IMG/VR virus record: IMGVR_UViG_3300042691_012617
Location: 96,001-160,000 of that record
Length of the DNA stretch: 64,000 nt
Origin: a virus
Strand: one strand, 5' to 3'
Shown here: in pieces, positions 48,768 to 57,128 of the stretch
How positions within the stretch are numbered: position 1 is the stretch's first letter
How the letters are laid out: each line of letters begins with the position of its first letter
Notes under the pieces: model-generated
Databases searched by the model: none
The model's input: only the letters and a program-made list of their open reading frames with translations
Told to the model about the DNA's origin: nothing
Program-made: the position numbers and the translations under genes

Positions 48768-49829
48768 TCAACCCCGAACGCCCAAAGCCTTCAAAGTTGT
48801 TGGGTGAACTTGCGTCCCGCCGCCCGATGCAATCGCAGAAAGGGCAGCGGTCTGCGCCTTTTCAGGAGTAATGTCGGGAGTGGGAGCATACTTCTTAATG
48901 TAGTCCATAATAGCAACCAAAGACTCGCGGTTGATCTCGCGGCTTCCTGCCTTCTTGACACGGAAGTACTTGAAGTCCATGATTGCAACGCCTTTGAGAT
49001 CGTGATTCAAGGCAATCGTCTTACCACGGTTTGTGCCCGACTGATAAGTGTACTCACCGCCCTTCTTGATTTCAATGGTGTTCGCCTTGCCGCCGAGAAT
49101 GACAGCGATATCGCCATTGATACCGAGAGAAGGATAGGTGCGGAACATGATGTCCTGCATGGTTCCTGCTGCACCACGATGTGTCTTAAAGAGAATGTCG
49201 GTGGGCACAACGCGACCACGGGTGAGGTTCTGCTGAAGGGCGATCTGATAGTCCGTGAGAATCCATACGATATGGATGTTCTCAGGCTGATAGCCACCCT
49301 GCTTGAGGAACTGGAGGACACCCTGCTCCCCGCCCATTTCTCCGACAAGCGCACCCATGTCCTTTAGAGTCATGTCGAACATGACATTCGGAAGTTGTGA
49401 CCGAGTCTTATCCGCAAAGAATGTCATAAGTTGCTTCTGATCCAAACCAAGACCCTTGACCGCCATGTGCAATTTGCCTGTGTCGTTCGGATCCTTGAGA
49501 TCAAGTGTACGAAGCAGAGGGATGACATCCTTGATCGACTGTGCCTTTGGAAGATCCATCTTGGCGGATGCAATCGCATCGCGCATCTTGAGGAGCGCGT
49601 CCTTGATGTCATCGGGATTGAAGATCTTGAACTTATCTCCCTGCATGAGATTCATTGCAGCGAACGACTTGCCCGATCCTGCTCCACCCGCAAGGATGAC
49701 TGCATTGCCATAGTTGCCGCCCTTGCCAAGGATCAGCAACTTCTCCTCTAGGTACTTCTGAATCTCTTCGTAGAGGGGGGCGTTCTCTTCCTGAATGTGT
49801 TCGTCGCGCAGTTGGAAAAAGGTCTTCAT
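48768..49829 (-). CDS. P-loop kinase (AAA_33/zeta/PNK-like)
   Basis: AVILAGGAGSGKS, NPDD, VMFDMT, N..RGRVVP; late promoter ATAAATA at 49839..49845. Confidence 0.7.
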   Translation of the reverse strand: MKTFFQLRDEHIQEENAPLYEEIQKYLEEKLLILGKGGNYGNAVILAGGAGSGKSFAAMNLMQGDKFKIFNPDDIKDALLKMRDAIASAKMDLPKAQSIKDVIPLLRTLDLKDPNDTGKLHMAVKGLGLDQKQLMTFFADKTRSQLPNVMFDMTLKDMGALVGEMGGEQGVLQFLKQGGYQPENIHIVWILTDYQIALQQNLTRGRVVPTDILFKTHRGAAGTMQDIMFRTYPSLGINGDIAVILGGKANTIEIKKGGEYTYQSGTNRGKTIALNHDLKGVAIMDFKYFRVKKAGSREINRESLVAIMDYIKKYAPTPDITPEKAQTAALSAIASGGGTQVHPTTLKALGVRG

Positions 49830-49841
49830 GGCATTTCCTAT

Positions 49842-50024
49842 TTATGGTCTCGTACTAATGGTTGTCTTCTGTGCCGAGTGGGGTGCCATCACCGTATTGT
49901 TCGGGATCGCATTGCTCTTGGGCTTCCCGCCCTTCTTCAAGGACTTCTGTTGCATGATGTAATCGTCCATTCCCTTGCGGAACTGAAACCAATCCTTGCC
50001 GCGTTGAATGATGTCTTCTTTCAT
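49842..50024 (-). CDS. Small basic hypothetical protein
   Basis: ATGA coupling to upstream gene. Confidence 0.5.
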   Translation of the reverse strand: MKEDIIQRGKDWFQFRKGMDDYIMQQKSLKKGGKPKSNAIPNNTVMAPHSAQKTTISTRP

Positions 50025-50950
50025 ACGGGCAACTTTGGATCAGGACTCATGAAATTGTTCTTCTTCATGGCGGTCATCATCACCATCTTCTTCATCTTGC
50101 CATCCCAATCAAGAGTGAACGGCATGTTGAGACTCTTACTCACATCAAGAATGATCGCCTTCCAATCGACGGGGTGATCCTTGATCTTCTGTGCATGCTT
50201 CTCATATGTCTTGCGGAAGGCATCCTGAATCTCAGGAATCGTGACCGTGCCACCATAGCCACGACTGCCGTTGATGCGTTCCCAAAAGTGTCGGGTGAAG
50301 GCGATGTCCAACTTTGCCGATGCGAACATGGCATCAAGGACAGACTCAAGTCGCTTCAGGTCATTCCATGCCACGGGCGTGTGCGCCTGCGGCTGCACAT
50401 ACGAGTGCCCCCGCGCATACCCGTGACCCGTGGTCGGGCGACCCGTGACGATGCCTTCGCTGACATCCTCTGTGAAGAACGACATGAGTTTGGGGGAGAC
50501 GCGAACCTTGCGCTTCCCGATCTTGCGGGTGCTGCTGATGAAGGTGGTCTCTTCCAATTTCTCGTCCAAGTCCCACGGACCATAGTGTCCCGTGCTTCTC
50601 AACTTGCGAGTCATCTCAATGTAGGTGTATGTCTTGTATGCACCCTTCTCGTTCGGTTTGATCTTTCCGATTGCGTAGTAGACACGCTTGTCAATTCGGA
50701 TGTCATTGCCATTCGATTGATCGATCACCATGTCACCGTCCTCCACCCATGCGTGGGGAAATCGTAGCCCTGCCACAGATCCCTGCCCATACACCAAGGC
50801 ATGGACGAGGACGGGCTTGCCTGAGGTGGACTTGATCGGTTTGCCGAAGAAGGCTGAGTTGAAGCGCATCATGAGATTTACTGCGGCTGTCATACAGTCG
50901 CCATCTCCATCGTGTCGCTCCGTTAGATATTGATTGAAAGACTTGGTCAT
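50021..50950 (-). CDS. Two-domain protein: transglutaminase/papain-like Cys-His-Asp domain + RelE/BECR-like domain
   Basis: GDCM...HAWVE...D; FTRHFWERIN...N.PF...T.MKK; starts MTKSFNQYLTE. Confidence 0.55.
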   Translation of the reverse strand: MTKSFNQYLTERHDGDGDCMTAAVNLMMRFNSAFFGKPIKSTSGKPVLVHALVYGQGSVAGLRFPHAWVEDGDMVIDQSNGNDIRIDKRVYYAIGKIKPNEKGAYKTYTYIEMTRKLRSTGHYGPWDLDEKLEETTFISSTRKIGKRKVRVSPKLMSFFTEDVSEGIVTGRPTTGHGYARGHSYVQPQAHTPVAWNDLKRLESVLDAMFASAKLDIAFTRHFWERINGSRGYGGTVTIPEIQDAFRKTYEKHAQKIKDHPVDWKAIILDVSKSLNMPFTLDWDGKMKKMVMMTAMKKNNFMSPDPKLPV

Positions 50951-51249
50951 CTATTCCTCGACTGCCAATCAGGAGTGATTGGAATACTCTTATCGCTCAC
51001 GGCTCTCTTGCTCTGCGCTCCTGCCGCCTTGAGCCATTGCAGGACATGTGTTCTTCGCGTGGTCGCTTCGACTGCATTGGTGACTTCCCAAGGCCCCATT
51101 TGATCCTTGTCATCTGCCCAAGTTTCAACATCGAAATCTGTGGGAACTTGGTCAACTGCAAAGTTTGCACCGTCATAGCCTACTGCCCTTGTGTAGACCA
51201 TGTTGGCGGTGCTATTGCTCTCATGGATGTACTGCTTGAAGGACTTCAT
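50947..51249 (-). CDS. Small protein with capsid-targeting-like leader
   Basis: MKSFKQYIHE; CTAAATA at 51256..51262. Confidence 0.7.
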   Translation of the reverse strand: MKSFKQYIHESNSTANMVYTRAVGYDGANFAVDQVPTDFDVETWADDKDQMGPWEVTNAVEATTRRTHVLQWLKAAGAQSKRAVSDKSIPITPDWQSRNR

Positions 51250-51266
51250 GTCCTTTATTTAGCCGT

Positions 51267-51296
51267 AAAAGAAAGAGGGAGACCCGAAGGTCTCCC
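51267..51296 (-). terminator. Rho-independent terminator, UUCG loop
   Basis: GGGAGACC-TTCG-GGTCTCCC-TCTTTCTTTT. Confidence 0.85.
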
Positions 51297-51326
51297 CCTA
51301 TCCAATGTATGAAATGTTTTACCGAC

Positions 51327-51485
51327 TCACTTGGTCAGCGTGGTGACGGCGGCTTGCACCGTCTCCCAAGCCACCACAAGACCCTTCAGGGCGAAGGGGA
51401 GGATGGCAAGGAACAGAACCGCATGAATCGGGTTCTTCCAGCAGAAACCACAGCCAGTAACGGGGCACTTGTTGTTAGCACTCAT
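51327..51485 (-). CDS. Small single-pass membrane protein
   Basis: AAGGAG RBS; CPVTGCGFC then a hydrophobic helix. Confidence 0.6.
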   Translation of the reverse strand: MSANNKCPVTGCGFCWKNPIHAVLFLAILPFALKGLVVAWETVQAAVTTLTK

Positions 51486-51529
51486 TTTCGTTTTCTCCTT
51501 TGTAGAAATTGGAAAGTACATTACAAACC

Positions 51530-52312
51530 TCAGAACTTGATGCCGACTCCGAAGGTGACGATTGCGTCAGCCTCAGGGGTGGCGACATCCTGCGACACAG
51601 GGACAAGCACCCCTGCATTCAGATCAATGTTCGACGCGACATGCCAGTTGGCGACAGGACCAAGGAACAGTTGGTTCTCACCGCTGTTCACATAGTAGAC
51701 CTGATCGAACTGTACGCCAAGGTCGAACGAATTCCACTTGTAGGAAAGGTCGGTGCCGAGCGTAACGACATCGGAGTCTGTCTTGGCACCGAGCCAAGTG
51801 ATATACGACTCCCCGCCGTCGAAACGATATTCGGCAGTCTGCTTGAAGTCGAAGACCCACAACTTGCAGTCGAACGCCGCGTTGATGTACGGGTTGACAT
51901 TCGCGTTACGGAAATACTCCGAACCCACAGGCAGATACACACCGCCGCCAAGAGCCAAATCCCACTTACCGATGACATCGTTGTTTCCTCCGATGAAGTC
52001 CCACGAACCGCCGAGGCTGATGTTGCTCACGGTTGTGTTGTCATCCTGCGAGTACACAGGAATGTTGAGATCAAGGCTGATGTCCTTGGTGAGGTCAACG
52101 CCGAGAGTCGAGTTGAAGGCGAACAGAGTGCTGCCCGAACCCTTGAAGGTGTGGATGTCAACGGATTCGCTGAGGTACCACTTCAGGTCAGACACCGCGC
52201 TGATTGCGGGTTCTGCCTGAGGAGCCGCCGTCTGTGCCTGAGCAACAGCAGCGGTGGAGATGAGAGCAGCAGCAGCCACACTCGTTCCGATCTTACTAGT
52301 CATGTTTGTCAT
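51530..52312 (-). CDS. Outer-membrane beta-barrel protein
   Basis: Ala-rich signal peptide, alternating amphipathic beta strands, terminal FGVGIKF beta-signal; AAGGAG upstream. Confidence 0.75.
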   Translation of the reverse strand: MTNMTSKIGTSVAAAALISTAAVAQAQTAAPQAEPAISAVSDLKWYLSESVDIHTFKGSGSTLFAFNSTLGVDLTKDISLDLNIPVYSQDDNTTVSNISLGGSWDFIGGNNDVIGKWDLALGGGVYLPVGSEYFRNANVNPYINAAFDCKLWVFDFKQTAEYRFDGGESYITWLGAKTDSDVVTLGTDLSYKWNSFDLGVQFDQVYYVNSGENQLFLGPVANWHVASNIDLNAGVLVPVSQDVATPEADAIVTFGVGIKF

Positions 52313-52423
52313 TCCTATCTTTCTCCTTTGCACCGCCCGTTCATTCGGGAGGTGCGGATACTTATACCTGATGATGGTGAACCTGAGCGCAATCTTAACC
52401 AACTCCAATCAAGTGAAAAGAGA

Positions 52424-52451
52424 AACCCCCACCACAGAGCGGCAGGGGCTT
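52424..52451 (-). terminator. Rho-independent terminator after the 52487 gene
   Basis: AAGCCCC...GGGGGTT stem then TCTCTTTT. Confidence 0.65.
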
Positions 52452-52486
52452 ATCTTTCTTTCGGACTTGACCGCTTTCTTTTCTGC

Positions 52487-55400
52487 TTAGGTCAGAACTC
52501 TGTCCTTGATCAATGCTTCGATGGTGGTCGCATCGACATTTCTGACAGCCGTTCTGTACCCGATGGCTTGGTGAACGAGATCCACTTTGCCCTTCGCGTT
52601 GGTGGCTACCTTATAGTTCTCACCCTTCACCACGCTGCCGCTCATCATACTCTTGCTCTGAAGCGCACGGAGTCTTTGACCGACATAGACCATCTTCGAT
52701 CCTTGTACCGCGACACGATCCTGCTCTTCGATCACTTCACCATCGATCTCTGTGATCTCAGATACGGTTCCCTTATCTACTAGTTTCTTCCAAATCTCCC
52801 ATGCCTTCCCCTGCTGCGTTTTGGCTCTTGTGTACATGCTCTTCAAGTTTTTATAGGATGGAACTGCTCCTTCAAACGGAGGAACCGCTCCTGTTGCCTT
52901 GTACCAAGTCCTCAGATCATTCTCACTTGGAACACCCTTCGCCTCTGTGACATCGATTTCTACACTCTCTGCCTTCACATACTTGACATGGTTGCGGATC
53001 GCCCACTTCTCCATCACGGGCTTGCCGTCCGCACCTTCATCAACGGCGATGTAGCAGACGGTTCCCTTGACATTGGCTGATCTCCATTGCTCCTTGCGGT
53101 CCCCACCATAGGAGACGCAGACTTCGTGCGGGAGACCATGGCTCTTGCCCCATGAGTCGGTTGAGTTGCGGTACTCAAACCGCTTCTTATAAGTTGCCTC
53201 CGTGAAGGCACCGACGATTCCCTTCGTGTCCAAGGGAGCGTATGCTTCTGTGAATGATTCGAACACAGCCTTGATCTTAGAGTTGTTGCGATCCTCAGGC
53301 TTGAGGAATTCACGAACTCCCTTAAGAACATGTGCAACCATGTTCTTCGGTTCTCCACGCAGGAAGTCGGTTAGCCCGTCGATCATTTCCCACACAGGGC
53401 CTGAGTCACCGTTCGGAACTTTCATAGTTCCATTGAGACCACCCTTCTTATATGCCTTCTCTAGGTCATCGATCAAACCATCGGCATCCGTCTTGGTCAG
53501 GGAGTCTGTTCCCTTCCACCACACCTCGCTGATGTCGAATGATTCGACCATCGACATGCCGTGCTTGTCCATCCACATGGCGACAGCCTTGAGCAACTGA
53601 CGAGGAGCGAAACGCATTTCCTTGTCACCGACGAAGCGTGTCGTGCTGTCGGGGAAGGCAGTCAGAACCAACTTTGGATTACCCTGCTGCTTCGTGTTGA
53701 AGAAGACCTTATGTGGTGCAATCGATGTGCGGGTGTTCTTCTTGGCGGGTTCTTCGATGAAGCCTACCTCGCCCTTGTTTTGAACGCTGATGAGCCAACC
53801 CTTGAGACTGCCCTCCACGAACGAAGTGAAGCGATACTTGCCGATGACCTGTTGGGCTTCGGTCAGTTCCTCGCCGTCCTCTTCGACGCTCTCGCCCCAA
53901 CTCTTGTTGACGAAGGCAGCGGCTTCTCTCTCGCTATTCATATCCTTGACCCACTTGCCGCTCATCGTATAGATTCCGATGATTCTCTTGGAGTCACGCT
54001 TGCCAGGACCCGTGAGATATTTTACCTTTGCCTCTTCGATATCTACTTCTTCCTTCTGCACCTTCTGCTTGGGAACGAGTACGCTTGCAGGCTCACCGAC
54101 ATCGACCACATAGCCACCGCCATGCTGCCGTGCCTTGTCCGTGCCGCCGTCATCGTAACGGACGATCTTGCCGCTGACCATCTTGCCCTTATGCGGAACC
54201 TTGACCTTGTCGCCCGCCTTGAACTGTTCAGCGACTTCGACTTCTTCCTTGATGGCGACCACGGTGACCTCGCCGCCCGACCAACTTCCCTTGGAGCCGA
54301 CCTTGGCTTCAGGCTTCTTGGTGAGTCCCTTGGTGAGAGAAGCGAAGTCGCTAGGAGCATACACCTTGATCGACATGCTCTCGGGACTCTTCTCCTTGGT
54401 GACAACCAACACGCTGCCCGTGGGCTTGCCCTCAAGAGACTTCTTGGCAGCACGAAGAGAACTGACCATGGAGGATCCGCCGATAGGATCGTCCTTGACC
54501 ATCTTCTCGGCACCCGCCATCATGCGGACACCTTCTTCAACATTTTCAACTTCTTCCTTCACTCCTGCGTTTCTCTTCGCAGCGGCGATGGCTTCGTCCC
54601 TAGTGGCATATCTGCCGATCACCGTTCCCTTGCGACCATCGGGGAAGCGGACACTACCTTGGCTGTAACTTAGTTGGTACAACACGAACTTGCCGCTATC
54701 TCGGTCGAGGCGAAACCCATAGGTGCCGATGTTCAAGTTCTCCTCGTTGACCTCGACCTCTTCCTTAGTTCCAAGATATTTGACTTCGTTCTTGTGCTTG
54801 GCGATGTCATATCTCGGATTGCTACCGACATTCACCATCAGAGCGTCTGAGCCAACCTTGACCACGACTCCACGACGAGGCTTGCCGTTGACCATGGTCT
54901 GCACGGCATCACCAACACGGAACTGATGTGTATCGGTTGCCTCTGCAACCTCGACGCTCTCACCGTGGAATGTGTTGAACATCATCTCTAGTGCAGCGAT
55001 GTCCGACTCCCGTGACTTGTCGCCCATGGCAGGAGCGACCTTGTTCTTGTCTAGGAGTTGCTTGAGTTCCTTGCGAACGGGATCGGTCTTGGACAATCCC
55101 TTCATCTCTGCTGCCTTGAGTTTGGCACCGTACTTGCGACTGATCTCCGCAACCACAGCCTTGGGCAGACCTTCGACCCAATCCTCCATGGCTGCTTTGA
55201 CTGCGCCCTCTGTGATGTACTCTTCGTGAAGCGATTCAAGCATGAGGAACAGATGCGACTCTTTGTCCAAGCCCTCTGTCTTGAGCATGCTGAAGTCAAC
55301 GGTGACGATGGCATTGGTTCCCGCAGGAGCCTTGACCTTGTCGAACGATGTGTTGATCGACGCGGGTGAACCCGTGGCTTGACGCTTGGTCAGACCGTTG

Positions 55401-55690
55401 AAGGTGATGATGAAGTCCCGTGCCTTCGCAGCGTTAGCGAAGTACAGCATCATCTTCTTGTCGCTGACTTCCATCTTGTTGATGCCCTTTTCGAAACCCA
55501 TCTTTTGGATGAGTTGACGCATCTTGGCTTCGAACTGCTGCTTGCTGTAGCCGAACATCGCGCCGCCCCCGCCTGTGGCGAACAGGGGTGCTTCGTTGAT
55601 CGCCTTCGCCATCTGCTCGTTCTTAGAGGTGGCGGCACCGCCGAACTTGGCGGCTTCTGCGAGGATTCGTCTTTGGAATTCGTTCATCAT
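52487..55690 (-). CDS. Modular putative polyprotein (~11 small domains separated by Glu-rich linkers)
   Basis: Late promoter at 55716..55722, AGGAG RBS; recurring KEEVEVAE/ESVE..TE linkers; two SH3/KOW-like modules. Confidence 0.8.
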   Translation of the reverse strand: MMNEFQRRILAEAAKFGGAATSKNEQMAKAINEAPLFATGGGGAMFGYSKQQFEAKMRQLIQKMGFEKGINKMEVSDKKMMLYFANAAKARDFIITFNGLTKRQATGSPASINTSFDKVKAPAGTNAIVTVDFSMLKTEGLDKESHLFLMLESLHEEYITEGAVKAAMEDWVEGLPKAVVAEISRKYGAKLKAAEMKGLSKTDPVRKELKQLLDKNKVAPAMGDKSRESDIAALEMMFNTFHGESVEVAEATDTHQFRVGDAVQTMVNGKPRRGVVVKVGSDALMVNVGSNPRYDIAKHKNEVKYLGTKEEVEVNEENLNIGTYGFRLDRDSGKFVLYQLSYSQGSVRFPDGRKGTVIGRYATRDEAIAAAKRNAGVKEEVENVEEGVRMMAGAEKMVKDDPIGGSSMVSSLRAAKKSLEGKPTGSVLVVTKEKSPESMSIKVYAPSDFASLTKGLTKKPEAKVGSKGSWSGGEVTVVAIKEEVEVAEQFKAGDKVKVPHKGKMVSGKIVRYDDGGTDKARQHGGGYVVDVGEPASVLVPKQKVQKEEVDIEEAKVKYLTGPGKRDSKRIIGIYTMSGKWVKDMNSEREAAAFVNKSWGESVEEDGEELTEAQQVIGKYRFTSFVEGSLKGWLISVQNKGEVGFIEEPAKKNTRTSIAPHKVFFNTKQQGNPKLVLTAFPDSTTRFVGDKEMRFAPRQLLKAVAMWMDKHGMSMVESFDISEVWWKGTDSLTKTDADGLIDDLEKAYKKGGLNGTMKVPNGDSGPVWEMIDGLTDFLRGEPKNMVAHVLKGVREFLKPEDRNNSKIKAVFESFTEAYAPLDTKGIVGAFTEATYKKRFEYRNSTDSWGKSHGLPHEVCVSYGGDRKEQWRSANVKGTVCYIAVDEGADGKPVMEKWAIRNHVKYVKAESVEIDVTEAKGVPSENDLRTWYKATGAVPPFEGAVPSYKNLKSMYTRAKTQQGKAWEIWKKLVDKGTVSEITEIDGEVIEEQDRVAVQGSKMVYVGQRLRALQSKSMMSGSVVKGENYKVATNAKGKVDLVHQAIGYRTAVRNVDATTIEALIKDRVLT

Positions 55691-55739
55691 AGGGTTAATG
55701 CTCCTGAGTAAGGAGTATTTAGCCTTTGACAAACGGGGA

Positions 55740-55848
55740 AAGAGAAAGAGTGGGGAACCTGTTCAACCACCCACGGCTGCTAATCGTGCAACCTTGCTCC
55801 TGTCTTAGTACCCCCGCTAGTGGGGCGCAGGACGGCTTTACTAGACGG
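55740..55848 (-). ncRNA. Candidate small RNA
   Basis: Own TTGACA-16-TATAGT promoter (55854..55881), terminal hairpin 55750..55774 plus U-tract, no sizeable ORF. Confidence 0.45.
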
Positions 55849-55902
55849 ATGTAACTATACAGCGACGAAAGTTGCTGTCAAGAACCTTGTCGAAAGATTC
55901 TT

Positions 55903-56232
55903 TTACTTGGCTCTACCGCCAAGGAACTTCGTGTGGATAGGATCGCCCTTCAGATGAATGCCGACGATCTCATATCCGTTTGTTTTGAGTCCCGCAACAT
56001 ACGCATTTAAGTGTCGATTAAATTCGTACTTGTTGTCGGTCGTCTTCAGTTGCACGGGTGGGAACACCGCATTGACCGTGGTCTTCTCGCCCGTCTTTGG
56101 AAGAACGATTCGATAACGAACGACAGCCCTGATGTCATACTCATCATCAGGTTCGTATGCGTTCGATTTGTACTTGAAAACCTTGAACGAGTCGAATGTC
56201 GATTCGCTGATGTAGTCCTTGTATGACTTCAT
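55903..56232 (-). CDS. Small protein with capsid-targeting-like leader
   Basis: MKSYKDYISE. Confidence 0.7.
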   Translation of the reverse strand: MKSYKDYISESTFDSFKVFKYKSNAYEPDDEYDIRAVVRYRIVLPKTGEKTTVNAVFPPVQLKTTDNKYEFNRHLNAYVAGLKTNGYEIVGIHLKGDPIHTKFLGGRAK

Positions 56233-56234
56233 GG

Positions 56235-56624
56235 TCAGCCGTATGCCTTCCCGCGAACGAAGAAGTGATCCTCATGCTCCTTGAATCCGAAGCACTCCCG
56301 AGCGTAGTCAAGGATCACCTGTTTGTCAAACTCCTTGCATGAGTAGACATCAAGGGTGATGAAGTGAGTCGGTTCGATGGAGTGAATCTGAATGCCGCTT
56401 TCGATCAGGGGCACCCACCCACTCACTCCTGCCTTCTCAGGATATAACTCGCGTCCGTGGTCAGTCGGGCCGTGGATCACTACGGGCTGCGACATGCGAG
56501 TCATGCCGATGCGATCCACTAGCCGCTCAAGGAACCGATAGGTCAGTTCCATGTCATCTGCTACTCCCTCGTTACATCCATACATGTCGAGAAAGTATGA
56601 GTATCCAAAAGCCTTGTTCTTCAC
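56235..56624 (-). CDS. speD: S-adenosylmethionine decarboxylase proenzyme-like
   Basis: LDMYGC, GVSG...LIESGIQIHS (ES autocleavage), LDVYSCKEFD. Confidence 0.8.
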   Translation of the reverse strand: MKNKAFGYSYFLDMYGCNEGVADDMELTYRFLERLVDRIGMTRMSQPVVIHGPTDHGRELYPEKAGVSGWVPLIESGIQIHSIEPTHFITLDVYSCKEFDKQVILDYARECFGFKEHEDHFFVRGKAYG

Positions 56625-56965
56625 TTGATCACTACCTTTGCGTTACGAAGTGTCTCTTCCAATCGTTGCTCAATCAGGTTCATGTTTCCACCATTATCAG
56701 CCTCATGTCGCATCTCAATGATGGCAGCATGAAGGGCCGCATAACGAGCGAGTTCCTTGACCACCACCCGTTCAGCCTTGGTCAGGCGGCTTGCCGAGGG
56801 GGCAGCAGGACGGCTCACGGGCGCGGGGGCAGGGGGAGCCACCGCTACCGCCTCTCTCAGGGCGCGGGGCAGGAGGGGCTGCTTGGGGGCTTCCTGCGCG
56901 TCCTTCTTCTTGCCTCCCCCGAGGATGCCCATGGCTTGGGCAATCACATCATGGTTATCAGCCAT
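56621..56965 (-). CDS. Hypothetical protein
   Basis: Coupled to neighbours; Pro/Ala linker. Confidence 0.6.
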   Translation of the reverse strand: MADNHDVIAQAMGILGGGKKKDAQEAPKQPLLPRALREAVAVAPPAPAPVSRPAAPSASRLTKAERVVVKELARYAALHAAIIEMRHEADNGGNMNLIEQRLEETLRNAKVVIK

Positions 56966-57089
56966 TACGAGCCTCCCGCTTCTTGGAGGTTCCCTCTTGG
57001 TTGCGCTTGCGGTTCAGAGCCTTTACGAAAGCGGCATGCTTCTGCGCTCTCTTGCTTGCGTTGCGAAAACCACCTTTGCTGCTTGCCAT
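56958..57089 (-). CDS. 43-aa basic peptide MASSKGGFRNASKRAQKHAAFVKALNRKRNQEGTSKKREARNG (below ORF-track cutoff)
   Basis: CTAAATA at 57112..57118, GAGGAGG RBS, stop overlaps next ATG. Confidence 0.7.
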   Translation of the reverse strand: MASSKGGFRNASKRAQKHAAFVKALNRKRNQEGTSKKREARNG

Positions 57090-57128
57090 GAAATGCCCTC
57101 CTCTTTGCTGATATTTAGGGAAGCCGAT

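Noticed and set aside
51509-52783. Long plus-strand ORFs (also 31600..32841, 53561..54673, 48702..49367, 40566..41231)
   Set aside because: Antisense shadows of well-supported minus-strand genes, with no motifs or expression signals.
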